Shown here: piece by piece, positions 10,720-19,744 of the stretch
Layout of the letters: every line of letters starts with the position of its first letter
Numbering within the stretch: position 1 is the first letter of the stretch
Source of the DNA: an uncultured delta proteobacterium
Lineage (GTDB): Bacteria; Myxococcota; Myxococcia; Myxococcales; Myxococcaceae
Assembly: GCA_963796055.1 (NCBI GenBank)
Contig: CAWCKH010000004.1
Coordinates: 1,600,001-1,664,000, forward strand
Direction: 5' to 3'
DNA: 64,000 nt
Position numbers and translations under genes: made by a program
Notes under the pieces: model-generated
Told to the model about the DNA's origin: nothing
Databases searched by the model: none
What the model saw: the letters and a program-made list of their open reading frames with translations, nothing else

Positions 10720-11682
10720 CTAGCGCGCGGAGGCGGAGCCTGGTTCCCCCAGCCCCGGAACTGCCAGCCGGGGCGCATCGGCAGCCAGCGCCGTCGCGCC
10801 GAGCAGCACCGCCGCCAGCCAGACCGCGTCGGCGAGGAGCAGGTGCAGCAGCTGCATCCACACCGGCGCGAGCAATGCGAGATTGATCAACCCCACGGTG
10901 AGCTGGACCACCACCAGCGAGGCGAGGGCGATGGCCGCCCGCCGGACCGGACGCCCGGGCCGCAGCAGACTCGAGACCGCCGCCGTCGCCAGGAGCAGTG
11001 TCCCGACCGCCACCGCCAGCAATGGATGGAAGACTCGGAGTCTGAGGAGAATGTGGGCGCCGGCGGCGGTGTCCTGCCGGAATCCCTCCGCCAGCGAGCG
11101 CGCGGGGAACAGCGTGTCTCCCAGCGCGGCGACGGCGCCGCTCACTCCGAGCACCACCAGCCCGAGCAGCGCCGCCGGAACGAGCACTCCCACCGCTCCC
11201 TGCTCGCGCAGGCGCAGGGGAGCGGTCCCCGCGGCCCAGGCGCCGGTCAGCGCCACCACCGCGAACAGGAGAAAGGTGTTGGTCAGGTGCAGGCCCATCA
11301 CCACCGGGCGCGCCAGAGAGTCGTCGGTCCCCGTCAACCGGAACAGGACCAGCGCCGCACCGATGGCACCCTCGAGGAGAATGGCGACCACCCCGAGCGC
11401 CGCGCCGGTCCGGACCCGGTGCCCGCGCGGGAAGGCGACGAACCCCCACACCGCCCAGGCGAGGACCGCCAGGGTGACCAGCCCGCTCGAGACGCGGTGG
11501 CTGAACTCGATCAGGGTTTCCAGGGCGGGCGCGCGGGGCAGCACCTGCCCGTTGCACACCGGCCAGTGGGCGCCACAGCCCGCGCCCGATCCCGAGGCCC
11601 GCACGAACGCCCCCCACACGACGACCGCGAGGAGAAAGGCGACCAGACTCCAGGTCGCCCGTGCGAAGCGCACGTTCACCAT
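10720..11682 (-). CDS. ctaA: Heme A synthase (COX15/CtaA family)
   Basis: GSGAGCGAHWPVCNG, EFSHR, about 8 TM helices with conserved His residues. Confidence 0.88.
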   Translation of the reverse strand: MVNVRFARATWSLVAFLLAVVVWGAFVRASGSGAGCGAHWPVCNGQVLPRAPALETLIEFSHRVSSGLVTLAVLAWAVWGFVAFPRGHRVRTGAALGVVAILLEGAIGAALVLFRLTGTDDSLARPVVMGLHLTNTFLLFAVVALTGAWAAGTAPLRLREQGAVGVLVPAALLGLVVLGVSGAVAALGDTLFPARSLAEGFRQDTAAGAHILLRLRVFHPLLAVAVGTLLLATAAVSSLLRPGRPVRRAAIALASLVVVQLTVGLINLALLAPVWMQLLHLLLADAVWLAAVLLGATALAADAPRLAVPGLGEPGSASAR

Positions 11683-11752
11683 ACCCGCGGTTGCTTATCA
11701 GCCGACGCCGGTTCCTGCCATGCTGCCCGGGCCCGATGGAGAAGGAGGCCGG

Positions 11753-12202
11753 ATGAACTTCGAGGTCCGGACAGAGAGCCTTGCCGGAACGGCGACCGCG
11801 CTCGGCTGGGCGCGCGGACACACCGTGGTCATCGACCGCCCCGCGGACGGCGGGGGGAAGGACCTGGGCTTCAACGGGGGCGAGCTGCTCCACCTCGCGG
11901 TTGCCGGCTGCGTGTCGAACGACCTCTTCCGCGAGGCCCGCGTGCTCGGTGTCCGCCTCAGCCGGGTGGCGATCACCGCCCGCGGCGAGTTCACCGGCAG
12001 CCCCCAGGTCTCGGGAGGCATCGGGTACTCGGTCGAGGTCTGGGGAGATGCGCCCGCCCAGGCGCTGCGCGAGCTCGTGGCCCGCGTGGACGGCATCGCC
12101 GAGATCCCCAACTCGCTCCGCCGGGGAACGGCCGTCCATCTGAGTGAGACGCGGGTGCACGGCAGCGACGAGCCCCCGGCGGCCTCATCGACCGGCGGCT
12201 AG
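11753..12202 (+). CDS. OsmC-like protein
   Basis: SD AAGGAGG then ATG 11753. IDRP..GGG.DLG..GGELL.LAVAGC...IPNSL fits the OsmC/YhfA fold. Confidence 0.85.
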   Translation: MNFEVRTESLAGTATALGWARGHTVVIDRPADGGGKDLGFNGGELLHLAVAGCVSNDLFREARVLGVRLSRVAITARGEFTGSPQVSGGIGYSVEVWGDAPAQALRELVARVDGIAEIPNSLRRGTAVHLSETRVHGSDEPPAASSTGG

Positions 12203-12211
12203 GGGGGGCCG

Positions 12212-13393
12212 ATGAGTCTTGCCCGGCTTCGCGGAGAGACGGTGGAGGCGCGGCTGTGGACGCCGGTGGAAGAGGTCGAGTCGCAGGCGCTCACCCAGCT
12301 CCGCAACATCGCCAGCCTCCCCTGGGTCGCCCACGTGGCGGTCATGCCCGACGTGCACTTCGGCAAGGGCGCCACGGTGGGCTCGGTCATCGGGATGCGG
12401 GGGGCGGTGTCCCCGGCCGCGGTCGGAGTGGACATCGGCTGCGGCATGGGCGCGGTGCGCACCAGCCTCACCGCGGCGGACCTGCCAGAGAGCCTGCGCG
12501 GCATCCGCGCGGACCTCGAGGACGCCATCCCGGTCGGGTTCGCCGCCCACGACGCGCCGGTCCGGCCGCAGGACCCCCGTCTTCACACCGAGGTGAACGA
12601 GCTCCTGGACGGCTTCGATGCGCTGGACCCCTCGGTGAAGGACCTGCGCGGCCGGGCGGGAAAGCAGCTGGGAACGCTGGGCGGGGGAAACCACTTCATC
12701 GAGCTCTGCCTCGACACCCAGAGCCGGGTGTGGCTGATGTTGCACTCGGGTTCGCGGAACATCGGAAAGACGCTGGCCGAGGTGCACATGGCCCGTGCCC
12801 GGAAGCTGAAGCACAACCATGCGCTGGCCGACCCGGAGCTGGCGGTGTTCCTCGCCGGCACCGAGGAGATGGCCGCGTACCGCCGCGACCTCGAGTGGGC
12901 GCAGCGCTACGCCATGCTCAATCGGCGGCTGATGTTCGACCTGTATGCCGGAGTCATCCGCCGGCACTTCCCCGAGGTGGGCTTCGATGCGCCGGTGCTC
13001 TGTCACCACAACTACGTGGCGGAGGAGACGCACCACGGCGAGCAGCTGCTGGTGACCCGGAAGGGCGCCATCTCCGCGCGTGCCGGGCAGCTCGGCGTCA
13101 TCCCGGGGTCGATGGGCACGCGGAGCTACATCGTCCGGGGACTGGGGAATCCCGAGTCGCTCCACTCGGCATCGCACGGCGCAGGCCGGAAGATGTCGCG
13201 CGGCGAGGCCAAGCGGCAGTTCAGCGTGAAGGACCTGGCCGAGCAGACCGCCGGGGTGGAGTGCCGCAAGGATGGCGGGGTGCTCGACGAGATTCCCGGG
13301 GCGTACAAGCCCATCGAGCAGATCATGGAGTACCAGAGGGACCTGGTGGAGGTCGTCGCCGAGCTGAAGCAGGTGCTCTGCGTGAAGGGCTGA
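12212..13393 (+). CDS. rtcB: RNA 2',3'-cyclic/3'-phosphate-5'-OH ligase
   Basis: MPDVHFGKG, VGVDIGCGM, GTLGGGNHF, HSGSR, HHN, RKGA, PGSMG, HGAGR. Confidence 0.96.
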   Translation: MSLARLRGETVEARLWTPVEEVESQALTQLRNIASLPWVAHVAVMPDVHFGKGATVGSVIGMRGAVSPAAVGVDIGCGMGAVRTSLTAADLPESLRGIRADLEDAIPVGFAAHDAPVRPQDPRLHTEVNELLDGFDALDPSVKDLRGRAGKQLGTLGGGNHFIELCLDTQSRVWLMLHSGSRNIGKTLAEVHMARARKLKHNHALADPELAVFLAGTEEMAAYRRDLEWAQRYAMLNRRLMFDLYAGVIRRHFPEVGFDAPVLCHHNYVAEETHHGEQLLVTRKGAISARAGQLGVIPGSMGTRSYIVRGLGNPESLHSASHGAGRKMSRGEAKRQFSVKDLAEQTAGVECRKDGGVLDEIPGAYKPIEQIMEYQRDLVEVVAELKQVLCVKG

Positions 13394-13556
13394 TAGCCGA
13401 AACCACCCTGGTTGATCGGGCCTCGCTAGCCCTGGCGGCCGATCTCGGCGTCGCGCCTCCGGTCACTTGACCCGAGCCAAGCTCCCTCCGGCGCTCCTTG
13501 ATCTCTGCCGCCATTGCGGCGCGATCCTCACGACCAACCAGGGTGGTCTCGGCTAT
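13393..13556. repeat. 164-bp element with 26-bp terminal inverted repeats (MITE/REPIN-like or structured RNA)
   Basis: ATAGCCGAAACCACCCTGGTTGATCG (13393-13418) and CGACCAACCAGGGTGGTCTCGGCTAT (13531-13556) are 24/26 complementary. Inner TGGCGGC/GCCGCCA and GATC/GATC extend the stem. Confidence 0.8.
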
Positions 13557-13573
13557 GAGCGACGCGGGTGCGC

Positions 13574-14203
13574 TCAGAATCGCCCGGCAACCACCAGGCC
13601 GGCGCGCCCGTCCGGGCCGAACGACGGGACGACCGAGACCCGCTCTACGCTCGTGGCGCGCAGTGTGGGAGACGCTGCCGGTTTGGTCGAAAGCTCGTAC
13701 CCCAGCACCGCACCGGCGAGCATCAGCGGCGGACCGACCCACATCAGCCGGCTCGCGCTGCCCTGTCCGATGGCCAGTGACGCGCCCGCACCGAGCGCCT
13801 CGCCGAACCAGCTCACCCACGGCGAGCCGTGTGCGTCGAAGTACGAGCCGGTGAGGGGCACCATCGCCGCCACCGCCAGCCCGAAGCCCGAGAGGAGACC
13901 GGCGGCCACCGTTCCCTCCGAGCAGCTGTCGTGGACCGACAGCGAGCCGATGCAGCCCAGGTAGCCGCCCAGCGCGCCGGTGAGCGTGCCCGCGGCGCCC
14001 GCGACCAGCACCTCGGAGACGACGCGGACGGTGCGCGACGGCTGCGGAGCACGGGGCTCGGCGACTGCGTGGACCGTGCTGTCCCCGTCGACGGAGGAGC
14101 CGACGGCGAGCAGCGGGTGCTCGACGGCCTCGGAGCCTGCGCGCGGAACGTCACCCGGGGTGGCGGCGAGGAGGACGGTGGTGATGGCGAGCAGGCTGGA
14201 CAC
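13574..14203 (-). CDS. Secreted/outer-membrane protein with Gly-rich hydrophobic segments
   Basis: GTG 14203 (VSSLLAITTVLLAA signal peptide), glycine-zipper-like helices, C-terminal beta-strand ending in F (GLVVAGRF). Confidence 0.65.
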   Translation of the reverse strand: MSSLLAITTVLLAATPGDVPRAGSEAVEHPLLAVGSSVDGDSTVHAVAEPRAPQPSRTVRVVSEVLVAGAAGTLTGALGGYLGCIGSLSVHDSCSEGTVAAGLLSGFGLAVAAMVPLTGSYFDAHGSPWVSWFGEALGAGASLAIGQGSASRLMWVGPPLMLAGAVLGYELSTKPAASPTLRATSVERVSVVPSFGPDGRAGLVVAGRF

Positions 14204-14409
14204 GCTCGCGAGCTCCCGGGGGCAACCTTGCTGCCCGTGCGCGCCGGCCCTGCTCTCGCGCCTTCCGGAACGCTTAGCAGACCTGACCGGGGTCTCACAG
14301 GGCTCGGATGGGTACGGCGTGTCCCACATCCGGCGCACGAATCCGGGCGTTCGACCAAAGTCGCGGATTCCGTGGAGCAACGGGCCCGGGCCCAGGGGCC
14401 AGGGCCGCC

Positions 14410-15453
14410 TCAGCGGGGGAAGGGCAGCACCTCGACCCTGGCCGAACCCGAACCTCCGGCCAGCGACAGCTCGGTTCCGGGTTGCGCGACGTCGCGGTGT
14501 GCGTAGCCGAGGCCGATGGCCCCCAGCCGGGGACTCTGGACCCCCGAAGTCACCCAGCCCACCCGCCGGTCACCGGCGAAGAGCTCGGTCCTCGGGACTG
14601 GCAGGGCGCCCCCGAACCGCAGCCCGACCAGCTGACGGTTCACGTGACCGCGGAACGTCGCCCGGGCGATGACCTCTTGCCCGATGTAACAGCCCTTCTG
14701 GTAATGAATCGCCCGCTGGAGGTGCGCCTCGAGGGGGATGGTCTTCTCGTCCATGTCGGCCCCGAACCGTGGGGTGCCTTGCTCCACCCGGAGCACCTCC
14801 AGCGCGGCGAACCCCACCGGCGTCGCGCCGCCGGCCGCCAGCCGATCGAACAGCGCACCCAGCGCCTCGACCGGCACCAGGAGGTCGACCCCCGGCAGGA
14901 GCAGACCCTGGGGCAGGGCCCAGGCCGTCGCACCCGCGGCATCGAACGGACGCACTGCGGCGCCGGCGGGCGGACCGAGCCCGAGCAGACGGGCGGCGAG
15001 CGCCTCGCCCTCGGGGCCGACCACGGAGAGCTGGCCGAAGCCCGCGCTCGCGTCCGACAGCTCCGCATCCTCGCTGATGAGGTACCGCTCGAGGGCCCCG
15101 AGCACCACCGGGCCGTACCCGGGCTCGGTCAGCAGCAGCAGGTCATCGGTGCGCTTCACCACCCGGGCGTCGGCGACCATGGCCCCCTTGGCGGTCAGCA
15201 GCGCCGCGTCCGCCACCGAGCTGACGGGGAGCCCCTCCACGTCCTGGGTGACCATGCCTTGCAGGAAGCTCACCCGGTCGGGGCCGGTCACCCGGACCAC
15301 CTCGCGTGCCGAGGCGTCGAACAGCGCCGCGCCGGTCCGCAGCGCCCGGTCCTCGTCGGCGCCCGAGGTGCGCTCCACCACCTCCCTGTCCTTCAGCGCG
15401 CCGAAGGTGGCGCCCAGGGCGACATGGCGGGCATGGAGGGGGAGCGGAACCAT
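14410..15453 (-). CDS. ygfZ: Folate-binding YgfZ/GcvT-family protein
   Basis: KGCYIGQE signature; VTGPDRVSFLQGMVTQD. Confidence 0.9.
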   Translation of the reverse strand: MVPLPLHARHVALGATFGALKDREVVERTSGADEDRALRTGAALFDASAREVVRVTGPDRVSFLQGMVTQDVEGLPVSSVADAALLTAKGAMVADARVVKRTDDLLLLTEPGYGPVVLGALERYLISEDAELSDASAGFGQLSVVGPEGEALAARLLGLGPPAGAAVRPFDAAGATAWALPQGLLLPGVDLLVPVEALGALFDRLAAGGATPVGFAALEVLRVEQGTPRFGADMDEKTIPLEAHLQRAIHYQKGCYIGQEVIARATFRGHVNRQLVGLRFGGALPVPRTELFAGDRRVGWVTSGVQSPRLGAIGLGYAHRDVAQPGTELSLAGGSGSARVEVLPFPR

Positions 15454-15477
15454 GGACCGCAGCTATATAAGGGCCCC

Positions 15478-15804
15478 GTGAAGGTCCAGCACCTCCCGGA
15501 CATGCGCGGCTTCTCCGAGGCGAAGCTCCAGAAGCACAACCTCTTCACCACCGCGCGCTTCTTCCTCGACGTGTACTGTCTGAGGCCAGGCCAGGCGCAG
15601 ACGCCCCACGCCCATGCCGCCTCGGACAAGGTGTACGTGGTGCTGGAGGGGCGCCCCACGGTCGAGCTCGACGGCGAGCGCCAGGAACTTCGGGAGGGGG
15701 ATGCGGTGTTGTGTCCCGCGGGCTCCTCGCACGGCCTGCGGAACGGCGGGTCAGGCGATGCGCGGGTGCTGGTGTTGATGACCCCGCCCCCGGAGAGGAC
15801 ATGA
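15478..15804 (+). CDS. Cupin domain protein
   Basis: GTG 15478. PGQAQTPHAH...KVYVVLEG...CPAGSSHGL cupin motifs. Confidence 0.85.
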   Translation: MKVQHLPDMRGFSEAKLQKHNLFTTARFFLDVYCLRPGQAQTPHAHAASDKVYVVLEGRPTVELDGERQELREGDAVLCPAGSSHGLRNGGSGDARVLVLMTPPPERT

Positions 15805-17129
15805 AGAGGCGGGCGAAACAACCGGTGGAGACCGTCCGGGTCTGGGTGCCGTGGACGCTGCTCGGGCTGGCGCTCGCCGAGGTGGGCCTGTCCATCTTTC
15901 AGTGGGTGGAGCTGCGCGCCGTCCAGGCGGGCGGGACGGCGGTGTGCAGCATCAATGCCGCGGTGAACTGCGAGACGGTCTGGACCAGCCCCTTCGCCCA
16001 GCGGGTGAGCGCGCTGGCCGGGGTGCCCGTCGCCGGGCTGGGGGTGGTGTGGGGCCTCGCCGCGGCGGTGTGCGCCGGCGCGCTGCTCTGGCGGGCGAGG
16101 ACGGGCCGGTCGCTCCGGCCCGCGGTGCTCCCGGTGCGCACGATGGGGGTGGTGGCCGCCCTGGTCTGCATCACCCTGGTCGCCGGGTCAATCAGCGCCG
16201 GGGCGCTGTGCCTCACCTGCCTCGGAACCTACCTTCTGGTCCTCGGGTACGCGGGCGTCGCGCTTGCAGCGCTTCCCGGTCCGCTGCAGCCCGCATCCGC
16301 CGAGTGGGTGCGCGCGCTCGGCCTGCCCGCCACCGTGACCGCGGTGACGTGGCTTGCCTTGCTGCTGTTCGCTCCGGCCCGGTCCAGCTCCGGCCTTCCG
16401 CCGAGGAGCGCGGGCAAGAGCGGGGGCACCGGCCTTGACGTCTCCCAGTTCCTGGCCAGCCGCCCCGAGTCCGAGAAGCAGGCACTCGCCGACGCGCTGG
16501 CCCGCTTCGCCCGGACTCCGGCCCCGACGCAGGTCGAGCTGCTGCCGCGGGCCCGGGTGCTGAAGGGCACCGCCGACGCGCCGGTCCACCTGGTGGAGTG
16601 GACCGACATCCTCTGCCCGCACTGCCGCCACCTGAACGACGCGCTGGAGGAGCTGCAGGCGGCGGTCCCGCCGGGGCGGCTGGCGGTGGAGGCACGGCAG
16701 TACCCGCTCGACGGTGCATGCAACCCGGACATCCCCCAGAAGGGGGATGGACTGCGCTGCACCGGCTCGCTGGCGATGATCTGCCTCGAGCAGGCGCCGG
16801 ACTTCTGGAGCCTTCGCGACAAGCTGTTCGCCGCCCAGAAGTCGCTCACCCGGGAATCGCTGCTGCAGATCGCCAGCTCGGGCTCGGTGTCGCGCGGCCA
16901 GCTCGAGGCATGCATCGCCAGCTCCGAGGCCGCGGCCAAGCTCCAGGACGACATCCGCTACGCCGAGCTCTACAACCCCACCGGCACGCCCATCGTCGCC
17001 ATCAACGGCAAGCCAGCGTACGCCGCGCCGGTGTTCCTCTACGCGCTCACCATGGCCAGCGGTGACCCCACGGCCCCGGTGCTCACCTCGGCCTTGCCGC
17101 CGGCGCGCCACTCGGTCCACCCGCAGTGA
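15801..17129 (+). CDS. Vitamin K epoxide reductase (VKOR)-DsbA/thioredoxin fusion
   Basis: Loop Cys pair CSINAAVNC, TM CLTC, then WTDILCPHC and GTP cis-Pro motif. ATGA overlap with the cupin. Confidence 0.88.
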   Translation: MKRRAKQPVETVRVWVPWTLLGLALAEVGLSIFQWVELRAVQAGGTAVCSINAAVNCETVWTSPFAQRVSALAGVPVAGLGVVWGLAAAVCAGALLWRARTGRSLRPAVLPVRTMGVVAALVCITLVAGSISAGALCLTCLGTYLLVLGYAGVALAALPGPLQPASAEWVRALGLPATVTAVTWLALLLFAPARSSSGLPPRSAGKSGGTGLDVSQFLASRPESEKQALADALARFARTPAPTQVELLPRARVLKGTADAPVHLVEWTDILCPHCRHLNDALEELQAAVPPGRLAVEARQYPLDGACNPDIPQKGDGLRCTGSLAMICLEQAPDFWSLRDKLFAAQKSLTRESLLQIASSGSVSRGQLEACIASSEAAAKLQDDIRYAELYNPTGTPIVAINGKPAYAAPVFLYALTMASGDPTAPVLTSALPPARHSVHPQ

Positions 17130-17503
17130 GCAGGAGGAAGGCGCCCGCTCCCGCCCCGGAGCGCGAGGCGTTCAACGCTCCGTTTGCCGGGCTGGGAGCG
17201 CTCCGCGATGCGTTGCCCGCGGCCGAGCAGCGCCCCGGGCCCGTGGCGCCCGCTCCCGTCCGCGGTCCTTCGCGCGCCGTCGTCCGCTACGAGCGCAAGG
17301 GCCGCGGGGGCAAGGAGGCCACCCTGGTCGAGCAGCTCGCGCTCTCGCCCGGCGAGCGGGCCGAGTGGCTCCTGGCCATGAAGCAGGCGCTCGGCTGCGG
17401 CGGGACGCTGGAGGGCGAGGCGCTGGTGCTCCAGGGAGACCAGCGCGCGCGGGTGCGCGCCTGGCTCGAGGCGCATGGCGTGGGGCGGATCTCGGTCGGC
17501 TGA
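17126..17503 (+). CDS. yciH: SUI1/eIF1-like translation factor (YciH family)
   Basis: RKGRGGKEAT...LGCGGT...LQGDQR. GTGA overlap. Confidence 0.88.
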   Translation: MSRRKAPAPAPEREAFNAPFAGLGALRDALPAAEQRPGPVAPAPVRGPSRAVVRYERKGRGGKEATLVEQLALSPGERAEWLLAMKQALGCGGTLEGEALVLQGDQRARVRAWLEAHGVGRISVG

Positions 17504-17523
17504 GCGCGGCGAGAGCCCGACCC

Positions 17524-18585
17524 TCAGCTCGGCTCGCCCGACGGCTGCCGCCAGCGCGGCGCCGCGTTCTCCTGGAGCCACCGCAGCGCCGAGGGGACGC
17601 CCCGGGCCATCATCGCCGCCGCGACCAGCACCAGCGTACCGAGCCCGAGCGCCGCTGGAATCGAGAGCTGCCGTGCCCATCGCATCGCCAACCCCTCGTC
17701 GCCCGCCCAGCCATAGAGCAGCACCAGATGGGCGACGTAGACCCCCAGCGAGCTCCGCCCCAGCGTGAGGAGTCCGGGAACCCGCCACACTGGCACGGCA
17801 GAGAGCAGCCCCAGGGCGATCATCGCCTGGCCCATCCGGTAGAAGGTCGGCCAGGGCGAGGTGAGCGACCAGTCCTCGAGCCCCGTCCACTCGAGGAGCA
17901 GGACCAGGAGCCCGCCGGCGAGCAGCAGCGCCATCGAGCGGTGCCGGCGTTCGCGGAGGGCGGGGAGCAGCAGCGCCAGCGCCCCGCCCAGGAAGAAGAA
18001 CGCCGACCAGGGCACCAGCGGGAAGTGCACCTCAGGATGGCCGAGCAGCCCGCGCCAGAGCCAGCCGGCGCCGAGGCCCACCGGCCAGCTGACCACAGTG
18101 ACGAAGGGGACCCACAGGGCGAGGACGCCGAACGCGCCGATCCGTCCTGCGCGGCGGGGGAGCAGCGACGCGAGCAGCACCCCGGCGGCGATGCACCAGC
18201 CGATGCAGGGCAAGGCGTCGAAGGCCAGCAGGTGGGGCCAGAGCGTTCCCTCCGTGGCCATGCCCTGGGCGGCGGAGAACCCCGGCCAGTGCAGGCCGTA
18301 CCCCAGGGCCAGCACCAGCGCCGCCCGCCGGAGGCGCCGCCCGAGGGTGTCCGCGTCCGTCGAGCGCAAAGAGGCGACCAGCGCCCACCCGGCGACGATC
18401 AAGAACAGCGGCGCGGTGAGCCCGCGGAACGACCAGTAGAGGTTGACCAGGGGGAGGTCCCGGAGGCGGTCCTCGAGCGTGAGGTCCAGGGTGTGACCGA
18501 ACACCATCGCCAGCACCGAGACGCCGCGCACGGCGTCCAGCCAGGGGTCACGCCGGGTGGAGGGGGGAGGGGTCGACGAACTCAC
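17524..18585 (-). CDS. Membrane acyltransferase-like protein (DUF1624/HGSNAT-domain type)
   Basis: LDAVRGVSVLAMVFGH, APLF, FPLVPW, LGRSSLGVYVAH and multiple TM segments. Confidence 0.75.
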   Translation of the reverse strand: MSSSTPPPSTRRDPWLDAVRGVSVLAMVFGHTLDLTLEDRLRDLPLVNLYWSFRGLTAPLFLIVAGWALVASLRSTDADTLGRRLRRAALVLALGYGLHWPGFSAAQGMATEGTLWPHLLAFDALPCIGWCIAAGVLLASLLPRRAGRIGAFGVLALWVPFVTVVSWPVGLGAGWLWRGLLGHPEVHFPLVPWSAFFFLGGALALLLPALRERRHRSMALLLAGGLLVLLLEWTGLEDWSLTSPWPTFYRMGQAMIALGLLSAVPVWRVPGLLTLGRSSLGVYVAHLVLLYGWAGDEGLAMRWARQLSIPAALGLGTLVLVAAAMMARGVPSALRWLQENAAPRWRQPSGEPS

Positions 18586-18673
18586 GCGCGAGGAGATCTC
18601 CCGGAGGGAGCAGACACCGAGGCTGTAACTAAGGTTGCGACGCGAGGGGGCTGGTGCAATCCGTGTTCTGGAG

Positions 18674-19678
18674 CTACAGCGCGGCGATCACCGCGTCGGT
18701 GAACTCTTTCGTGGTGGCGTTTCCGCCGAGGTCGCCGGTCCGGACCCGTCCCTCGGAGTAGACCCGCATCAGCGCCCGGTCGAATCGGCGCGAGGCTTCG
18801 CCGAACCCGAGCCACTCGAGCATCATCACCGCGGACATCATCAGCGCGGTGGGATTGGCCAGGTTCTTTCCGGCGATGTCCGGGGCGGTGCCGTGGACCG
18901 CCTCGAACACCGCAGTCCGCTCGCCGATGTTGGCCCCGGGGACCACGCCCAGCCCGCCCACCAGGCCGGCGCAGAGGTCGGAGATGATGTCCCCGTAGAG
19001 GTTCTCCATCAGCAGCACGTCGTAGCGCTCGGGGTTGCGCACCAGCTGCATGCACATGTTGTCGACGATGACCTCCTCGTAGGTCACCTCGGGAAACTCC
19101 CGGGCGACCTTGCGGCAGCAGTCGAGGAAGAGGCCGTCCGACAGCTTCATGATGTTGGCCTTGTGGACGGCGGTGACCTTCTTCCGGCCGTTCTTCCGCG
19201 CGTACTCGAAGGCGAAGCGCGCGATGCGGCTGCTGGCCTTCTCGCTGATGATCTTCAGGCTCTCCACCACCCCCGGTACCACGATGTGCTCGAGGCCGGC
19301 GTAGAGGCTCTCGGTGTTCTCGCGGACGACGACCAGGTCCACTCCCTCGTAGCGGGTGCGGACGTTGGGGACGGACCGCACCGGACGGAGCGCGGCGTAG
19401 AGGTCCAGCCCCTTGCGGAAGGCCACGTTGGCGGAGGGTAGCCCGGCGCCGATCTGGGTGCCGGTGGGTCCCTTGAGGGCCACCCCGTTCTTCAAGACCG
19501 AGTCGAGGGTCTCGCGGGGCAGGTTCGTGCCGTACTTGCTGATGACCTCCGAACCCGCGTCGCAGTGCTCGAACTCCAGCGGGACCTGGAGCGCTTCCAG
19601 GACCCGGACCGTCGCCCCCATCACCTCGGGGCCAATCCCATCGCCGGGGATGAGCGAGACCTTGCGTCGTTCGGTCAT
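18674..19678 (-). CDS. Isocitrate/isopropylmalate dehydrogenase family, probably NAD-dependent isocitrate dehydrogenase
   Basis: IPGDGIGPEV, VVRENTE, HKANIMK, NLYGDIISD, EAVHGTAPDIAGK. Confidence 0.9.
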   Translation of the reverse strand: MTERRKVSLIPGDGIGPEVMGATVRVLEALQVPLEFEHCDAGSEVISKYGTNLPRETLDSVLKNGVALKGPTGTQIGAGLPSANVAFRKGLDLYAALRPVRSVPNVRTRYEGVDLVVVRENTESLYAGLEHIVVPGVVESLKIISEKASSRIARFAFEYARKNGRKKVTAVHKANIMKLSDGLFLDCCRKVAREFPEVTYEEVIVDNMCMQLVRNPERYDVLLMENLYGDIISDLCAGLVGGLGVVPGANIGERTAVFEAVHGTAPDIAGKNLANPTALMMSAVMMLEWLGFGEASRRFDRALMRVYSEGRVRTGDLGGNATTKEFTDAVIAAL

Positions 19679-19744
19679 TGGCCCTCTCTAGCGCAACTTC
19701 CCCGCCGCCAGGGGTGGTAGCGTCCGGTTCCCGTTCGATCGAGC

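Noticed and set aside
13393..13556. 6S RNA, SRP RNA or Y RNA identity for the rod-like element
   Set aside because: No SRP GGAA-tetraloop domain, no recognisable 6S central-bubble motifs, no Ro60 gene. Left unassigned pending an Rfam search.
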